64,000 nucleotides of DNA, from the IMG/VR virus record IMGVR_UViG_3300000243_000001. The stretch is one strand, 5' to 3'. Made by a program: the position numbers and the translations under genes. This stretch comes from an uncultured virus (IMG/VR IMGVR_UViG_3300000243_000001). Taxonomy: Duplodnaviria > Heunggongvirae > Uroviricota > Caudoviricetes. Shown piece after piece: positions 18,920 to 28,146 of this stretch; positions within the stretch are counted from its first letter, which is position 1, and each line of letters begins with the position of its first letter. The notes under the pieces are model-generated. The model was not told the origin of the DNA and did no database searches. It was given only the letters and a program-made list of their open reading frames with translations.

Positions 18920-19261
18920 TTAAAATTCATCCTTGGGTAAAAGTTCTTGAAGATCAGTTTCATCCAATTTATCTAATTTAGATTTAAATTTAGATTTCAA
19001 TAAGTCAATTTCTTCATCGAACATTTCTTTAATACGAGCTTTAACATCATCGATGTCTTCGAATTCATTCTCTTCTGGATCACCAGGATCAGAATATGCT
19101 GGGTTGCTTGGATCTTGACAGTGAGGCATAGGTCGTTCAGGTGTATGATTTACCCAAACTTCATCTACCTCTAAAGATAAATCCGTACAATCAGTTTCGA
19201 GTTCAAACGGTAAAGTAATCAAAGCTCTTCTTGTAGAATACTTATTCCGTGGATTACTCAT
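18920..19261 (-). CDS. Acidic hypothetical protein
   Basis: Start moved to MSNPRN, 2 nt after the queC stop. Confidence 0.65.
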   Translation of the reverse strand: MSNPRNKYSTRRALITLPFELETDCTDLSLEVDEVWVNHTPERPMPHCQDPSNPAYSDPGDPEENEFEDIDDVKARIKEMFDEEIDLLKSKFKSKLDKLDETDLQELLPKDEF

Positions 19262-19263
19262 AA

Positions 19264-19932
19264 TTATTCGTAGGTTATTGGATCCGTTTTCCCTAACAGT
19301 TTGAAAGCTTCGAGACGTTCTTGACAACTTCCACATTTGCCACAACTTGCTTCTTGATCTTTATAGCAAGTACGAGTATGTTCATATGGAAATGGAGGAT
19401 CGAGAGCATAACCAATCTTAAGTATACCAAGTTTATCGAAGTGTATAAATGGTGCTTCGAGAGATACTTTACCATCTGTAGCTAAGAGCACTGACTCCGC
19501 CATTGAATTAATGTATTCTGCTCGACAGTCAGGGTAGATATGATGATCTCCAGAATGCACTCCAGCAGCAATGATTTCAGCACCAATACTCTCGGCATAC
19601 CCCATCATTATTGAAATGAATATGGTATTACGTCCAGGAACGACAGTCTTAGACATACTTTCGTCTTCATAATGACCTTCTGGAATATCACCACCACTTT
19701 TGAGTAGATCAGATTTAAACAGTTTACCGATAAAATCTAATTCAACAAAATGTGGTACTTTACATCCCAGTGTTCTGGCAATCGTATGAGCACATCTATT
19801 TTCGTAATGGTTGTGTTTACTTCCATATGCAAAAATGATTGGATGCACTTCATATCCTTTACTGATGTAGTATCCAGCAAGAGTAGAACTGTCCATTCCA
19901 CCGGATAGTCCAAGTACGACTTTCTTACTCAT
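19264..19932 (-). CDS. queC: 7-cyano-7-deazaguanine (preQ0) synthase
   Basis: LSGGMDS, YGSKH, VPGRN, YPDCR, CY..CGKCGSCQER; GGAG RBS before MSKKVV. Confidence 0.95.
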   Translation of the reverse strand: MSKKVVLGLSGGMDSSTLAGYYISKGYEVHPIIFAYGSKHNHYENRCAHTIARTLGCKVPHFVELDFIGKLFKSDLLKSGGDIPEGHYEDESMSKTVVPGRNTIFISIMMGYAESIGAEIIAAGVHSGDHHIYPDCRAEYINSMAESVLLATDGKVSLEAPFIHFDKLGILKIGYALDPPFPYEHTRTCYKDQEASCGKCGSCQERLEAFKLLGKTDPITYE

Positions 19933-20254
19933 GTTTATCTCCGATTTCTTTTGATTTTTCAAGTTCAATAGTTCTGATCTTTGAGAATCCACCATCATGG
20001 GGATTATCATCATCAATTACACTATCTTTTCGATAACATTCATTCATTACTAATACACCATGACCATCGTGCTCCATAGTAAATCCATATTTCGATGTAG
20101 TGGTTATATCATTTAAGTTAGTAGATATTCTACTTAACTCTATTTTGAGCATACCATCATCAAAGAAATCACCGAGAAAATCATCATCTGTTTCAATGAC
20201 AGTAATCATTTTCCGTAACAATTGAACTAGAGTTGCTTGTCCTTTTTCATTCAT
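19925..20254 (-). CDS. Hypothetical protein
   Basis: 109-aa ORF with GGAG RBS, overlapping the queC start. Confidence 0.65.
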   Translation of the reverse strand: MNEKGQATLVQLLRKMITVIETDDDFLGDFFDDGMLKIELSRISTNLNDITTTSKYGFTMEHDGHGVLVMNECYRKDSVIDDDNPHDGGFSKIRTIELEKSKEIGDKHE

Positions 20255-20327
20255 CGATTACACGCTCCATTACTAGATTTATGAGAAAAAATATCAATAT
20301 GGCTTCACTCCTTCCCATATTAGAATT

Positions 20328-20338
20328 TATATCTATAT
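20328..20338 (-). promoter_or_regulatory. Candidate phage promoter motif ATATAGATATA
   Basis: Intergenic copy upstream of the queC operon. Confidence 0.5.
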
Positions 20339-20362
20339 AACTTTATTTAAAATAAATGAGCG

Positions 20363-21478
20363 TTAATCAACTAGTACTCCACGATTGGCATTAGCTAATG
20401 CTCTTTCAATCATTGGGTACATCATATCATAGTTATCACCATGTGATTGATACCACCCCTTAGATGACACCAATACATTTAGTACTTCAATGGTTGATAT
20501 TTGTGAGTACCAATACTTAGTTATGAGATTATCATACATATTGTCACCGAAATAGACTTTCTTGTACGGTGAATAGCCTCTGACACTTATACCATAGATA
20601 GCATCATTATCAATATTGATCATCTTAAGAGTTTCATCATGATTAGCTTTCATTGCAACTGGGTTCTGCTTATCTGCAATTTGAAAGAACCCTTGTGTAA
20701 ATCCACTTCTTGTTGAATTCAATGCTCGATAACTATCGTGTTTGATTGTTGGTATTAACAAATAGTCTGGAAATGTATTTTGAAGTATGTTCCACGTAGA
20801 CCATGCATCACTATATTTTTCACCAACAGCCATCATATCATTACCGTCGAGATCATCTAAATCTTCAATATCATCGTTATTCATTCTTCGAAGAATTAAA
20901 TGTGCATACTTTGGTGGTAGTGTTGTTATTACTTCAATCAATAACTTGTCGTGAAATAATAAGGCGTCGGCGTTAATGATTGCCCAGTCCAATTGATCGT
21001 CTCTTATACCGGCCAGGTTCAGTACTGAACTTTTACCAGGTACAATTGTGATGGTATATAGATCTTCAAGGTGCTGTTTCAATTGCCAAGCCATGTATTT
21101 GCAATCTGGACTATTTACATCTGTGCATCCAAGACGAATCTCATTTGGATTTCGAGGTGTAATATCTACAACTTCGATTTTTTGAGTAGTCTTTTGTTCA
21201 ACTGTTGATTTCGGTTTGTTTTTCTTATTTGCGTATAGTGTTGGATTCCAAGGTGGTAATTGGACACCAGTCACTTTGGTTTTGATTTTCTGAGTAACAA
21301 CAACTTGTTTTCCAGCTGGTACTCCACCAGGCATATGTTGATCAACAAGAGCTTGAGCATCAATTCCAGCTTGCTTTATTTCTGCTGCTCTTGCATCTAG
21401 TTCAGCCTGAGTTTCAGCAAATGTCATTGTTGGTATATACAGTAATGCAATTATCAGTATTGCTATCGATCGTTTCAT
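20363..21478 (-). CDS. Secreted TAXI-type solute-receptor-like protein with N-terminal extension
   Basis: Signal peptide; C-terminal ~260 aa aligns with 21648..22502 (RLG, S..N, LDWAIINAD, HLI, AVG...W); GGAGG RBS. Confidence 0.65.
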   Translation of the reverse strand: MKRSIAILIIALLYIPTMTFAETQAELDARAAEIKQAGIDAQALVDQHMPGGVPAGKQVVVTQKIKTKVTGVQLPPWNPTLYANKKNKPKSTVEQKTTQKIEVVDITPRNPNEIRLGCTDVNSPDCKYMAWQLKQHLEDLYTITIVPGKSSVLNLAGIRDDQLDWAIINADALLFHDKLLIEVITTLPPKYAHLILRRMNNDDIEDLDDLDGNDMMAVGEKYSDAWSTWNILQNTFPDYLLIPTIKHDSYRALNSTRSGFTQGFFQIADKQNPVAMKANHDETLKMINIDNDAIYGISVRGYSPYKKVYFGDNMYDNLITKYWYSQISTIEVLNVLVSSKGWYQSHGDNYDMMYPMIERALANANRGVLVD

Positions 21479-21512
21479 TATATTGTCCTCCATTTTGACA
21501 ACAAAAAAATAC

Positions 21513-21535
21513 AAGGGGGTTTTAAGAGTCCCCCT
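21513..21535 (-). terminator. Rho-independent terminator
   Basis: AGGGGG...CCCCCT stem followed by TATTTTTTT on the minus strand. Confidence 0.7.
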
Positions 21536-21536
21536 C

Positions 21537-21630
21537 ACTACGGCTTACGCCAACTCTACCTAACTACTATGCACTGGTCATAGGTCTACCGGTCAAACCG
21601 AGGGTATTAACTTGGCAGCAATCCATCAGT
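21537..21630 (-). ncRNA. Candidate structured RNA (long irregular stem capped by two hairpins)
   Basis: Hand-folded nested pairings ACTGATGG/CCGTAGT, TTGC/GTAA, GCCAA/TTGGC, TACC/GGTA enclosing GGTTT/AGACC and TATG/CATA hairpins; family not recognised. Confidence 0.4.
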
Positions 21631-21647
21631 TATAGACACTTTCGACA

Positions 21648-22502
21648 TTAGTCGTTTACTTGATCTTTTAATACATGTGGTACAGCCTTAGCAGCTGCAT
21701 CATACAGTGTATCATAAAGAGCTTCATTTGCATTGATCCATGAAACTGCTACGATGAATACCATCTTCATCTCAATGGATTCAGCCGAACCGCGAGTCAT
21801 ACCCGTAATTAAGTTCGGGTACACATCGTCGTCGATGTCGGTGAATTTATACAGTTCAACTCCGTGAACCTTATCGTTAAGATCCCAATCATCAATGTTT
21901 GCAAGGGTGAATTTACCCTTTTGTTTATTTGCACGCATAATCTCTGCATCTCGGAGTCCACAGACTCTAAATATAGCATCAATTTTACCTGCTTCGAGCT
22001 TAGATAAAGCTCTGGAACCGGAGAGTGGGATGGTTGAAATGTTTGTTGGAAGGTATCTCTTATCTTGCTTTCCAAAGTTACCCCACGTTACCGCAGAGCC
22101 TCCTCCAGCACGACCAATTGCAACAGTCATGCCCTTCTTAACATCCTTAATTGACATCATTTTCTTTTCAGTTAGAGTGATCAAATGACCGAACTCTGGA
22201 TGCCAGTTGTTCACGATTTCATATTCGAAATCAAGACCAACGAGGCCATCAGGTTGCACGAATGCACCATCAAGTTCACCAGCGATAAGTCGTTCAATTG
22301 ACTCTTCTGTACCGGCACCTGGAACACGAGTAATCGCGATCTTTTTGGCATTGACTTGTTGGATAAGATGTTTTCCAGCGGACTTGAAATAAGCTCCACC
22401 TTCACCACCTGTTCCAAGACGGAACGGTACTGGAGCTGCTGCATTGGCAGTTCCGAGCGATACTACGAGAATTGCAATAATCAGTAATAATTGGCGTTTC
22501 AT
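21648..22502 (-). CDS. TAXI-family TRAP transporter solute receptor
   Basis: Signal peptide, LGTGGEGGAYF, GTEESIERL..GELDGAFVQPD, IGRAGGGSAVTW. Confidence 0.8.
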   Translation of the reverse strand: MKRQLLLIIAILVVSLGTANAAAPVPFRLGTGGEGGAYFKSAGKHLIQQVNAKKIAITRVPGAGTEESIERLIAGELDGAFVQPDGLVGLDFEYEIVNNWHPEFGHLITLTEKKMMSIKDVKKGMTVAIGRAGGGSAVTWGNFGKQDKRYLPTNISTIPLSGSRALSKLEAGKIDAIFRVCGLRDAEIMRANKQKGKFTLANIDDWDLNDKVHGVELYKFTDIDDDVYPNLITGMTRGSAESIEMKMVFIVAVSWINANEALYDTLYDAAAKAVPHVLKDQVND

Positions 22503-22507
22503 TTATA

Positions 22508-22870
22508 CTACTCCTGTTTTGAGATGCTGATTACATTTGGATAACTTGAAGTAATACCGCTACGAAAGCCATATACTTTCAAGGTTACTTTTGCACCAGG
22601 TGCTGCCATGCCCTGGACGTCACTAGATTTGAATTTGAAGTGGAACCATGAGTCGACATTCTTGTATGTACCGTCATCGGTAAATACTAAGAAGATTCCG
22701 TCTTTACTGTCAGTATTACCAATGGTAACATCAACGGTTCGAATAGTACCATATTTGAAGTATCCGAAGATACATGCAAATACGATCAATACTACAATAA
22801 GCTTCTTCTTCCAATCAAACCACTTTGGTTCTTCTCCGAGAATCTTCTTATCTATTTCTTCTTCATTCAT
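22508..22870 (-). CDS. Membrane-anchored phage protein
   Basis: One TM helix followed by LVFTD.GTYKNVDSW..KF.SSDVQ...YGFR...SYPN, a pattern seen in phage membrane proteins. Confidence 0.65.
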   Translation of the reverse strand: MNEEEIDKKILGEEPKWFDWKKKLIVVLIVFACIFGYFKYGTIRTVDVTIGNTDSKDGIFLVFTDDGTYKNVDSWFHFKFKSSDVQGMAAPGAKVTLKVYGFRSGITSSYPNVISISKQE

Positions 22871-22914
22871 GTTAATTACCACTCCTTGTGCAGTAAAGTT
22901 AAGTAAGTATGAAA

Positions 22915-23259
22915 TTATTCATCATCTTGATTTTTTGATGATTCATATATTTCACGCAAGTTGTCCTGCATGTTTTTGTTCTTCTGAATATACTCACCCA
23001 TACGACATATAGACGACGGACTTTCCTCAATTTGACCATGAGAAGCACAAGGTGTATCCTTATACCAAGGCATGTCATGAACACCACAAAGGAATTTGCC
23101 GTTATCTAATGTAACATGTGGACAAGCTTCATCCGACATCGAAACTAAAGTATTCTCTTCACTGAGATTCTTTAATTTAAAAGTTTCGGTTGCATATTCT
23201 TTATTGATGGTTACTACACACAATTTAATGCAGCAATAACCACAATGAACACATATCAT
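22915..23259 (-). CDS. YkgJ-like Cys-cluster (Fe-S/Zn) protein
   Basis: CVHCGYCC...CPH...CGVH...PC; GGAGG RBS. Confidence 0.75.
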   Translation of the reverse strand: MICVHCGYCCIKLCVVTINKEYATETFKLKNLSEENTLVSMSDEACPHVTLDNGKFLCGVHDMPWYKDTPCASHGQIEESPSSICRMGEYIQKNKNMQDNLREIYESSKNQDDE

Positions 23260-23293
23260 AAATATAATCCTCCTGTAATAATAGTTTTATATT

Positions 23294-23304
23294 TATATCT
23301 ATAT
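23294..23304 (-). promoter_or_regulatory. Candidate phage promoter motif ATATAGATATA
   Basis: Intergenic copy 35 nt upstream of the YkgJ-like gene. Confidence 0.5.
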
Positions 23305-23324
23305 GTCTACATTGAAAATAAACA

Positions 23325-23540
23325 CTACTTAAATGACTTAATCTTTGTCTCAATTGAAATAGTTTCTTTACTAAATTTAGTATAATGCTTCTTTAGATCT
23401 GTTTTTAAATTCTTGAACGCCGACATTAACTTACTATAGTTAACTCCTTCATTCTCTCCATCAAACGATTCGGTGATTTCTTTTGGTGCAGCATTTGGTT
23501 TGATCGTTAATCCGACCAATATATCCCGACTCTTTGACAT
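23325..23540 (-). CDS. Small hypothetical protein
   Basis: GGAG RBS before MSKSR; 71 aa. Confidence 0.6.
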   Translation of the reverse strand: MSKSRDILVGLTIKPNAAPKEITESFDGENEGVNYSKLMSAFKNLKTDLKKHYTKFSKETISIETKIKSFK

Positions 23541-23558
23541 AATTAGCTCCAATAAAAA

Positions 23559-23585
23559 TGACCTAACCCGATATGGGCTAGGTCA
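23559..23585 (-). terminator. Rho-independent terminator
   Basis: TGACCTA.CCC...GGG.TAGGTCA followed by TTTTT on the minus strand, just after the topoisomerase A gene. Confidence 0.7.
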
Positions 23586-23591
23586 AGTGAA

Positions 23592-24929
23592 CTACTTAAT
23601 CGATGGAAATATAGATTTTAAACGCTCATGAGCAGTAGCTGCCATACTATTTAACTGTGTATCAATAAAGTTAAGTTTGTTTTGAACGGAAGTTGTGTTT
23701 GTTGAATGTTCCAACAATGTTTTAATCTTGTGTTTCTGTACAACTTCACGTAGAGCATCACCACCAATCTTTTTATCTTGATATGCCGGTGTACTATTAT
23801 ATAACTTAACAACATCTTCTGATGATTTAATATTGGATCCATGATCTTCAAGAATCCTACGAACAATCGAAATGACTTGTAATTCGTATATTCGTTCAAT
23901 CAATCCAGATTTATCAGCAGTCAGTTTGGCACGATATGAACCAACCCAATGTTCATAACTACTAAGTAATAATGTATCAATACTTGTTGTTTTAACAACA
24001 CCATCATCATAAACTACATTACATAGAAAATTGAGATTGTGAGTAATGAACTTGTGGATCATGTCAACGAACGGTTGATCTACATTACCTATCTGAGGTT
24101 GAACCCAGACATCGATCACTTCTTTTTGCGACATATCGATATTGTCGAATTTTCTTTGATCCGGTTTTTTCGGATCGCTAGCATTAGTTTTTAATGTAGT
24201 GAAACCTAATGCTGGTTTACCGAGTATTCGTATCTGTTGAAGTTCAACGAGATACTTTGGAATAACGGTTATTGAACCTACACCAGTTGTCAATACACGC
24301 TCGAAATCCCCGACATTACTTTCATAAACGTCACAATTGGGAAACGTTGGATATATTGTTATTGGTGCAATAGCTGGATTTACTTGTCTCATTAACACAT
24401 TTATTAAACGAGTTACGAGAGCATCCATTGAATATCTTGGGATCTTAGTTGTATGAAAACTAATTCCTTGAATATAATGGTCTCCAATCAATCCAATTGG
24501 AATGGGACATGGTAGGAATCTAGGTTGGTTATACGATAGATTCTCTGGATCATCCCATGGTACAAACTTGATAAATTCAAATGCTAATTCATTTATCAAT
24601 TTGTTTGCAGATACTTCTGTGTAACGATATGCTGCCGGGTCGGTGTCCTCGAATCCAGTAGCACCCCAGTTTCCTTGACCTTCAGCTAATCCACGTCTTA
24701 CTAGACCAACCAATGTACCATAAGCACTTTGATCGCCATGTGGGTGATACTTACCAATAGCTTCACCAATCACACGAGCAGATTTCGTTAACTTCTTCGC
24801 AACCTGGAACAGTGTAAATAATAGTCTTCGTTCAACCGGTTTCAAACAATCAATATGATATGGGATTGCTCGAAACTGGTCAATATATCGTCCGTAATCA
24901 GCATACAGACTCGGAATTGCTCGTTTCAT
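23592..24929 (-). CDS. Type IIA DNA topoisomerase, A (breakage-reunion) subunit lacking the C-terminal pinwheel
   Basis: RAIP..DCLKPVERR, KSARVIG..GKYHPHGD, QGNWG, AAYRYTE (catalytic Tyr); only 445 aa. Confidence 0.95.
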   Translation of the reverse strand: MKRAIPSLYADYGRYIDQFRAIPYHIDCLKPVERRLLFTLFQVAKKLTKSARVIGEAIGKYHPHGDQSAYGTLVGLVRRGLAEGQGNWGATGFEDTDPAAYRYTEVSANKLINELAFEFIKFVPWDDPENLSYNQPRFLPCPIPIGLIGDHYIQGISFHTTKIPRYSMDALVTRLINVLMRQVNPAIAPITIYPTFPNCDVYESNVGDFERVLTTGVGSITVIPKYLVELQQIRILGKPALGFTTLKTNASDPKKPDQRKFDNIDMSQKEVIDVWVQPQIGNVDQPFVDMIHKFITHNLNFLCNVVYDDGVVKTTSIDTLLLSSYEHWVGSYRAKLTADKSGLIERIYELQVISIVRRILEDHGSNIKSSEDVVKLYNSTPAYQDKKIGGDALREVVQKHKIKTLLEHSTNTTSVQNKLNFIDTQLNSMAATAHERLKSIFPSIK

Positions 24930-24938
24930 TGACTCACC

Positions 24939-25859
24939 TTATGCATGTAGTAATTTTGTTCGTTCGAGTTTGTTTTTGAAATCTTCGAGTTGACCACACA
25001 TCATTAAGTGTGCAACGACGAGATTAAGTTGCGATGCTGTCGGATTATTAAACAAATACCCTAACATGTTAATTGATACTTTTTCTTTGGTGATATACAT
25101 CTTTACACCTTTGAAATTGTAAGAACTTCGTTGTTTAATGTTATCCTTAATATAATATATATCGGATAATACATGTTCAACATTTTCATCATTATCATAA
25201 TCAACACAGTCTCGACATTGATTAAACGCAATTACACTTGAGTGTCTAGCAACAGATAATAATGGTTGAAATTGTGTTGATGTGAATTCGCTAAATGCTT
25301 TACTCGTTAAACCACGCCAGCACGATAGGTACTGCCCAAGATTAGTTGCTGTCTTAACATCATTTTCTAGAAAGAACGACATCTTGGATATTAATTGAGT
25401 AAATGTTGCTAACTTTTGTTTCAGTACATCAAGGTCTAAATTTCCGAACTTAAGATTCGTTACAAATTCGAGATTAACTCCACCACTATGCGATTTTAAT
25501 TTCGATATAAATCCACTATCATCCGAAAATACTTGATGTGTATAATTGACTTTTGTATCTGGTACGAATTGACCTACCAGATCATCTAGGTTCAAAAATG
25601 TAATCTCATCACTAACAATCGGTGTTCGCTCAATTAAAGTTCGTTCAATATCGATAGCATTACAATGATTTGAATCTGAATGTAGTATTACAGTTCGATG
25701 TGTAACTCCGTCTGATACATTTGAAATTCCAATTGCGCCATCATCAATTGTCAATAGTGTCGAAGTATTTTCCTTTATTAAGGTTGGTTGCAATGGAACC
25801 AATGGCATACTCTTATTCGTCACAATACCCTTAAGTTCACCAATTAATGTACATCTCAT
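24939..25859 (-). CDS. Hypothetical protein
   Basis: 306-aa ORF in operon. Confidence 0.7.
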   Translation of the reverse strand: MRCTLIGELKGIVTNKSMPLVPLQPTLIKENTSTLLTIDDGAIGISNVSDGVTHRTVILHSDSNHCNAIDIERTLIERTPIVSDEITFLNLDDLVGQFVPDTKVNYTHQVFSDDSGFISKLKSHSGGVNLEFVTNLKFGNLDLDVLKQKLATFTQLISKMSFFLENDVKTATNLGQYLSCWRGLTSKAFSEFTSTQFQPLLSVARHSSVIAFNQCRDCVDYDNDENVEHVLSDIYYIKDNIKQRSSYNFKGVKMYITKEKVSINMLGYLFNNPTASQLNLVVAHLMMCGQLEDFKNKLERTKLLHA

Positions 25860-25865
25860 AATTTA

Positions 25866-26834
25866 TCACTCTATTCTGGTTAATAACATTAATTCAGATA
25901 CATCCTTACTGAATGTCGGTTCATACATCTCAATTGAAATCTGAGGGTTTAATATATTCGTCGATGACGATATATTGTGTTTTAACTGATCAATTCGTTT
26001 AATCCCTCTATCAAATACAATGCGTATGTCATATTCACCAATCAGTAGAAATGTATTTATAAGATTTGTTATTAATCCCTTATAATTACTATCACCAATT
26101 GCAATGAAAAACGACGTATTGAATTGTGGATAATAGTTATACAGATTTATTAAATCGAACGCACCTTCACATATTACTATTTCTGAATATAAATCAATAT
26201 TGTTTATATCTTGAAAGAAGTAAAATTGCTTTCTACCACTACCTTTGTAGTATCTAGCTTTAGTTTCGGTGATAGGTCTAGATGTTATAAATTGCCCATC
26301 GAAGTTGAAGAATGCAACAGAAGTAACAACCTTTCCTTTATTGTTGAATATCTGCGGTGCCATCAAGAACTTCATCGGATTAACATCTAAGCATCTGTTT
26401 GTAATGTATTGTTTATATTGTAAATATTCTGCAGGATAGTTCTTTTGTGCATCAACATATCCTTTTTGCATAGTAAACAATGTTTGTTCAATAGGTGCAA
26501 TATTCGGTCTTTCAAAAGAGGTTGCCCGACTTGTATCGCCACTATATGATATTCTAGAAAGTTTATGTAAACGCTTTAAGATTGTTGGATTACTGAATCC
26601 AGTCTTAACCAGAAAATTATATAAACTTACTTTGACACCACATCTGAAACAATGTCCATATGGAAACGTTGAAGCGATCCAAAAGTGTCCATGTGATGGA
26701 TTAAATTTTCTGATCTTATCGTCACAGTACGGACAAAAACAACCATGCCATCCAGCAGAGTTAATATCGAATGCACGTCCAGCATCAGCCTTTATATGCA
26801 TTATTATTTCTGGATAATCGACAAGGTTAAACAT
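25866..26834 (-). CDS. DNA primase-like protein (Zn finger + TOPRIM, T4 gp61-like)
   Basis: CPYC...HCFRC zinc finger; ICEGAFD TOPRIM motif; the DxD motif is divergent (FDRG). Confidence 0.7.
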   Translation of the reverse strand: MFNLVDYPEIIMHIKADAGRAFDINSAGWHGCFCPYCDDKIRKFNPSHGHFWIASTFPYGHCFRCGVKVSLYNFLVKTGFSNPTILKRLHKLSRISYSGDTSRATSFERPNIAPIEQTLFTMQKGYVDAQKNYPAEYLQYKQYITNRCLDVNPMKFLMAPQIFNNKGKVVTSVAFFNFDGQFITSRPITETKARYYKGSGRKQFYFFQDINNIDLYSEIVICEGAFDLINLYNYYPQFNTSFFIAIGDSNYKGLITNLINTFLLIGEYDIRIVFDRGIKRIDQLKHNISSSTNILNPQISIEMYEPTFSKDVSELMLLTRIE

Positions 26835-26850
26835 AATGTACCAATAAAAA

Positions 26851-26873
26851 TGGAGGGGAACGAGTCCCCTCCA
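26851..26873 (-). terminator. Rho-independent terminator
   Basis: TGGAGGGGA/TCCCCTCCA perfect stem followed by TTTTT on the minus strand. Confidence 0.8.
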
Positions 26874-26878
26874 GTTCG

Positions 26879-27133
26879 TCAACTTTTAGCCAACTTTATC
26901 TCATGAAGTCTATCAACAATAGCGTCAATCTCATCAGGAGCTAAATTCAGCATCTTAACTCCAATCGGTAATGACTGAAGTAACATATCGAATTGACTTT
27001 GACCGGCTATGGCTTGTTCGTCTGGGTATAGATTTACGCCGACATTGGATATTTGTACGCCATTTCCAGTGTCACTTATATTTACATCCAAACTTCCAAT
27101 AGCAAAACCATTGACGTTAAATGGTATATTCAT
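26879..27133 (-). CDS. Hypothetical protein
   Basis: 84-aa ORF coupled to the queD stop. Confidence 0.65.
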   Translation of the reverse strand: MNIPFNVNGFAIGSLDVNISDTGNGVQISNVGVNLYPDEQAIAGQSQFDMLLQSLPIGVKMLNLAPDEIDAIVDRLHEIKLAKS

Positions 27134-27543
27134 TATTCCGAATATACTGCGTAATTGTTGGTGGTCTCATTGATCTTAACAGAGACCAGGTTACCAGATA
27201 ATCCGAGCATAGCACAAGCCTTCTCGTGTAATACTTTACACATCAATTCGGCTGTAACATTGTGCTCTGGAAACGCAAACAGTTTACCGTAATACTCACC
27301 CATTGCATCGGTGATCTTATCGGCAGGAATAAGTGTAGCATGATCCCAGTTCTCCATAACCCATTCTTTAACTGAGTTAAGTTCAGTGAAATCCATTACC
27401 ATTCCATTCTCATCGAGTTCCACAGACTTAACCATCAGTGCAACTTTATACGAATGTCCGTGCAAATTAGTACATGGGCTTTCGTATGTTAGATACAATT
27501 TATGGGACATTTCAAATTCCCATTCCTTAACAATTTTGTGCAT
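27133..27543 (-). CDS. queD: 6-carboxy-5,6,7,8-tetrahydropterin synthase
   Basis: FEMSHKL, CTNLHGHSY, GMVMDF, DH, TAE and ET motifs. Confidence 0.93.
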   Translation of the reverse strand: MHKIVKEWEFEMSHKLYLTYESPCTNLHGHSYKVALMVKSVELDENGMVMDFTELNSVKEWVMENWDHATLIPADKITDAMGEYYGKLFAFPEHNVTAELMCKVLHEKACAMLGLSGNLVSVKINETTNNYAVYSE

Positions 27544-27911
27544 TATATAGTTCCTTTTGGTGCCTTAGCTCCACCAGACTTGGCGTGCTTAGACTGTTTG
27601 ATTTTCTTAACAGAGAAAACTTCATACTCGGCCTCAGTTACAATTTCATCGTATACCGATTGAGTTACAGAAGTTGCTAATAATTTTTTATCGACATTCG
27701 ATCGTTTACGCTGTGCAATAACCATCTGCCAAAGCTTGGTCTTGTCAGTATTGTAACTTTCGAAGTCTTCTAATCCGTGCATATCGAGCCATTTTCGGAC
27801 CTTACCACGGAGTTCATCTTTCTCAAGACTCAGTTTATCCATATCACTCATCACAGTATCGAGACGATCTAGAGCTGTCTTAAGACTTTCAATAAAATTC
27901 AATTCAACCAT
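27543..27911 (-). CDS. Hypothetical phage protein
   Basis: 122-aa ORF, GGAG RBS, N-terminal coiled coil. Confidence 0.7.
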   Translation of the reverse strand: MVELNFIESLKTALDRLDTVMSDMDKLSLEKDELRGKVRKWLDMHGLEDFESYNTDKTKLWQMVIAQRKRSNVDKKLLATSVTQSVYDEIVTEAEYEVFSVKKIKQSKHAKSGGAKAPKGTI

Positions 27912-27993
27912 GTTTTTTGTTCTCCATAATTAAATCACTTACCAGTGTATTTCCGAGTTTAATTACATCATTGAGATAACATAGTTAACTTTA

Positions 27994-28131
27994 CTAATCA
28001 TCGTCGGTAAATAAATCCTTAAGAGATATATCTACTTTCTGATCGGTGGGGGTAAAGTCACTAGGTGTAGTTATCTTATCGATAAGTATACCTAGTGCTA
28101 AACCACCAATAATTAATACAAAGTTAACCAT
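27994..28131 (-). CDS. Small membrane-anchored protein (45 aa; below the ORF-track cutoff)
   Basis: GAGGA RBS then MVNFVLIIGGLALGILIDKITTPSDFTPTDQKVDISLKDLFTDDD*. Confidence 0.6.
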   Translation of the reverse strand: MVNFVLIIGGLALGILIDKITTPSDFTPTDQKVDISLKDLFTDDD

Positions 28132-28146
28132 CAATTCCTCCAGACA

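Noticed and set aside
21620..21647. GAAA and CTGATG on the minus strand suggesting a hammerhead ribozyme
   Set aside because: Core reads CUGAUGG rather than CUGANGA, and stems I and III cannot form
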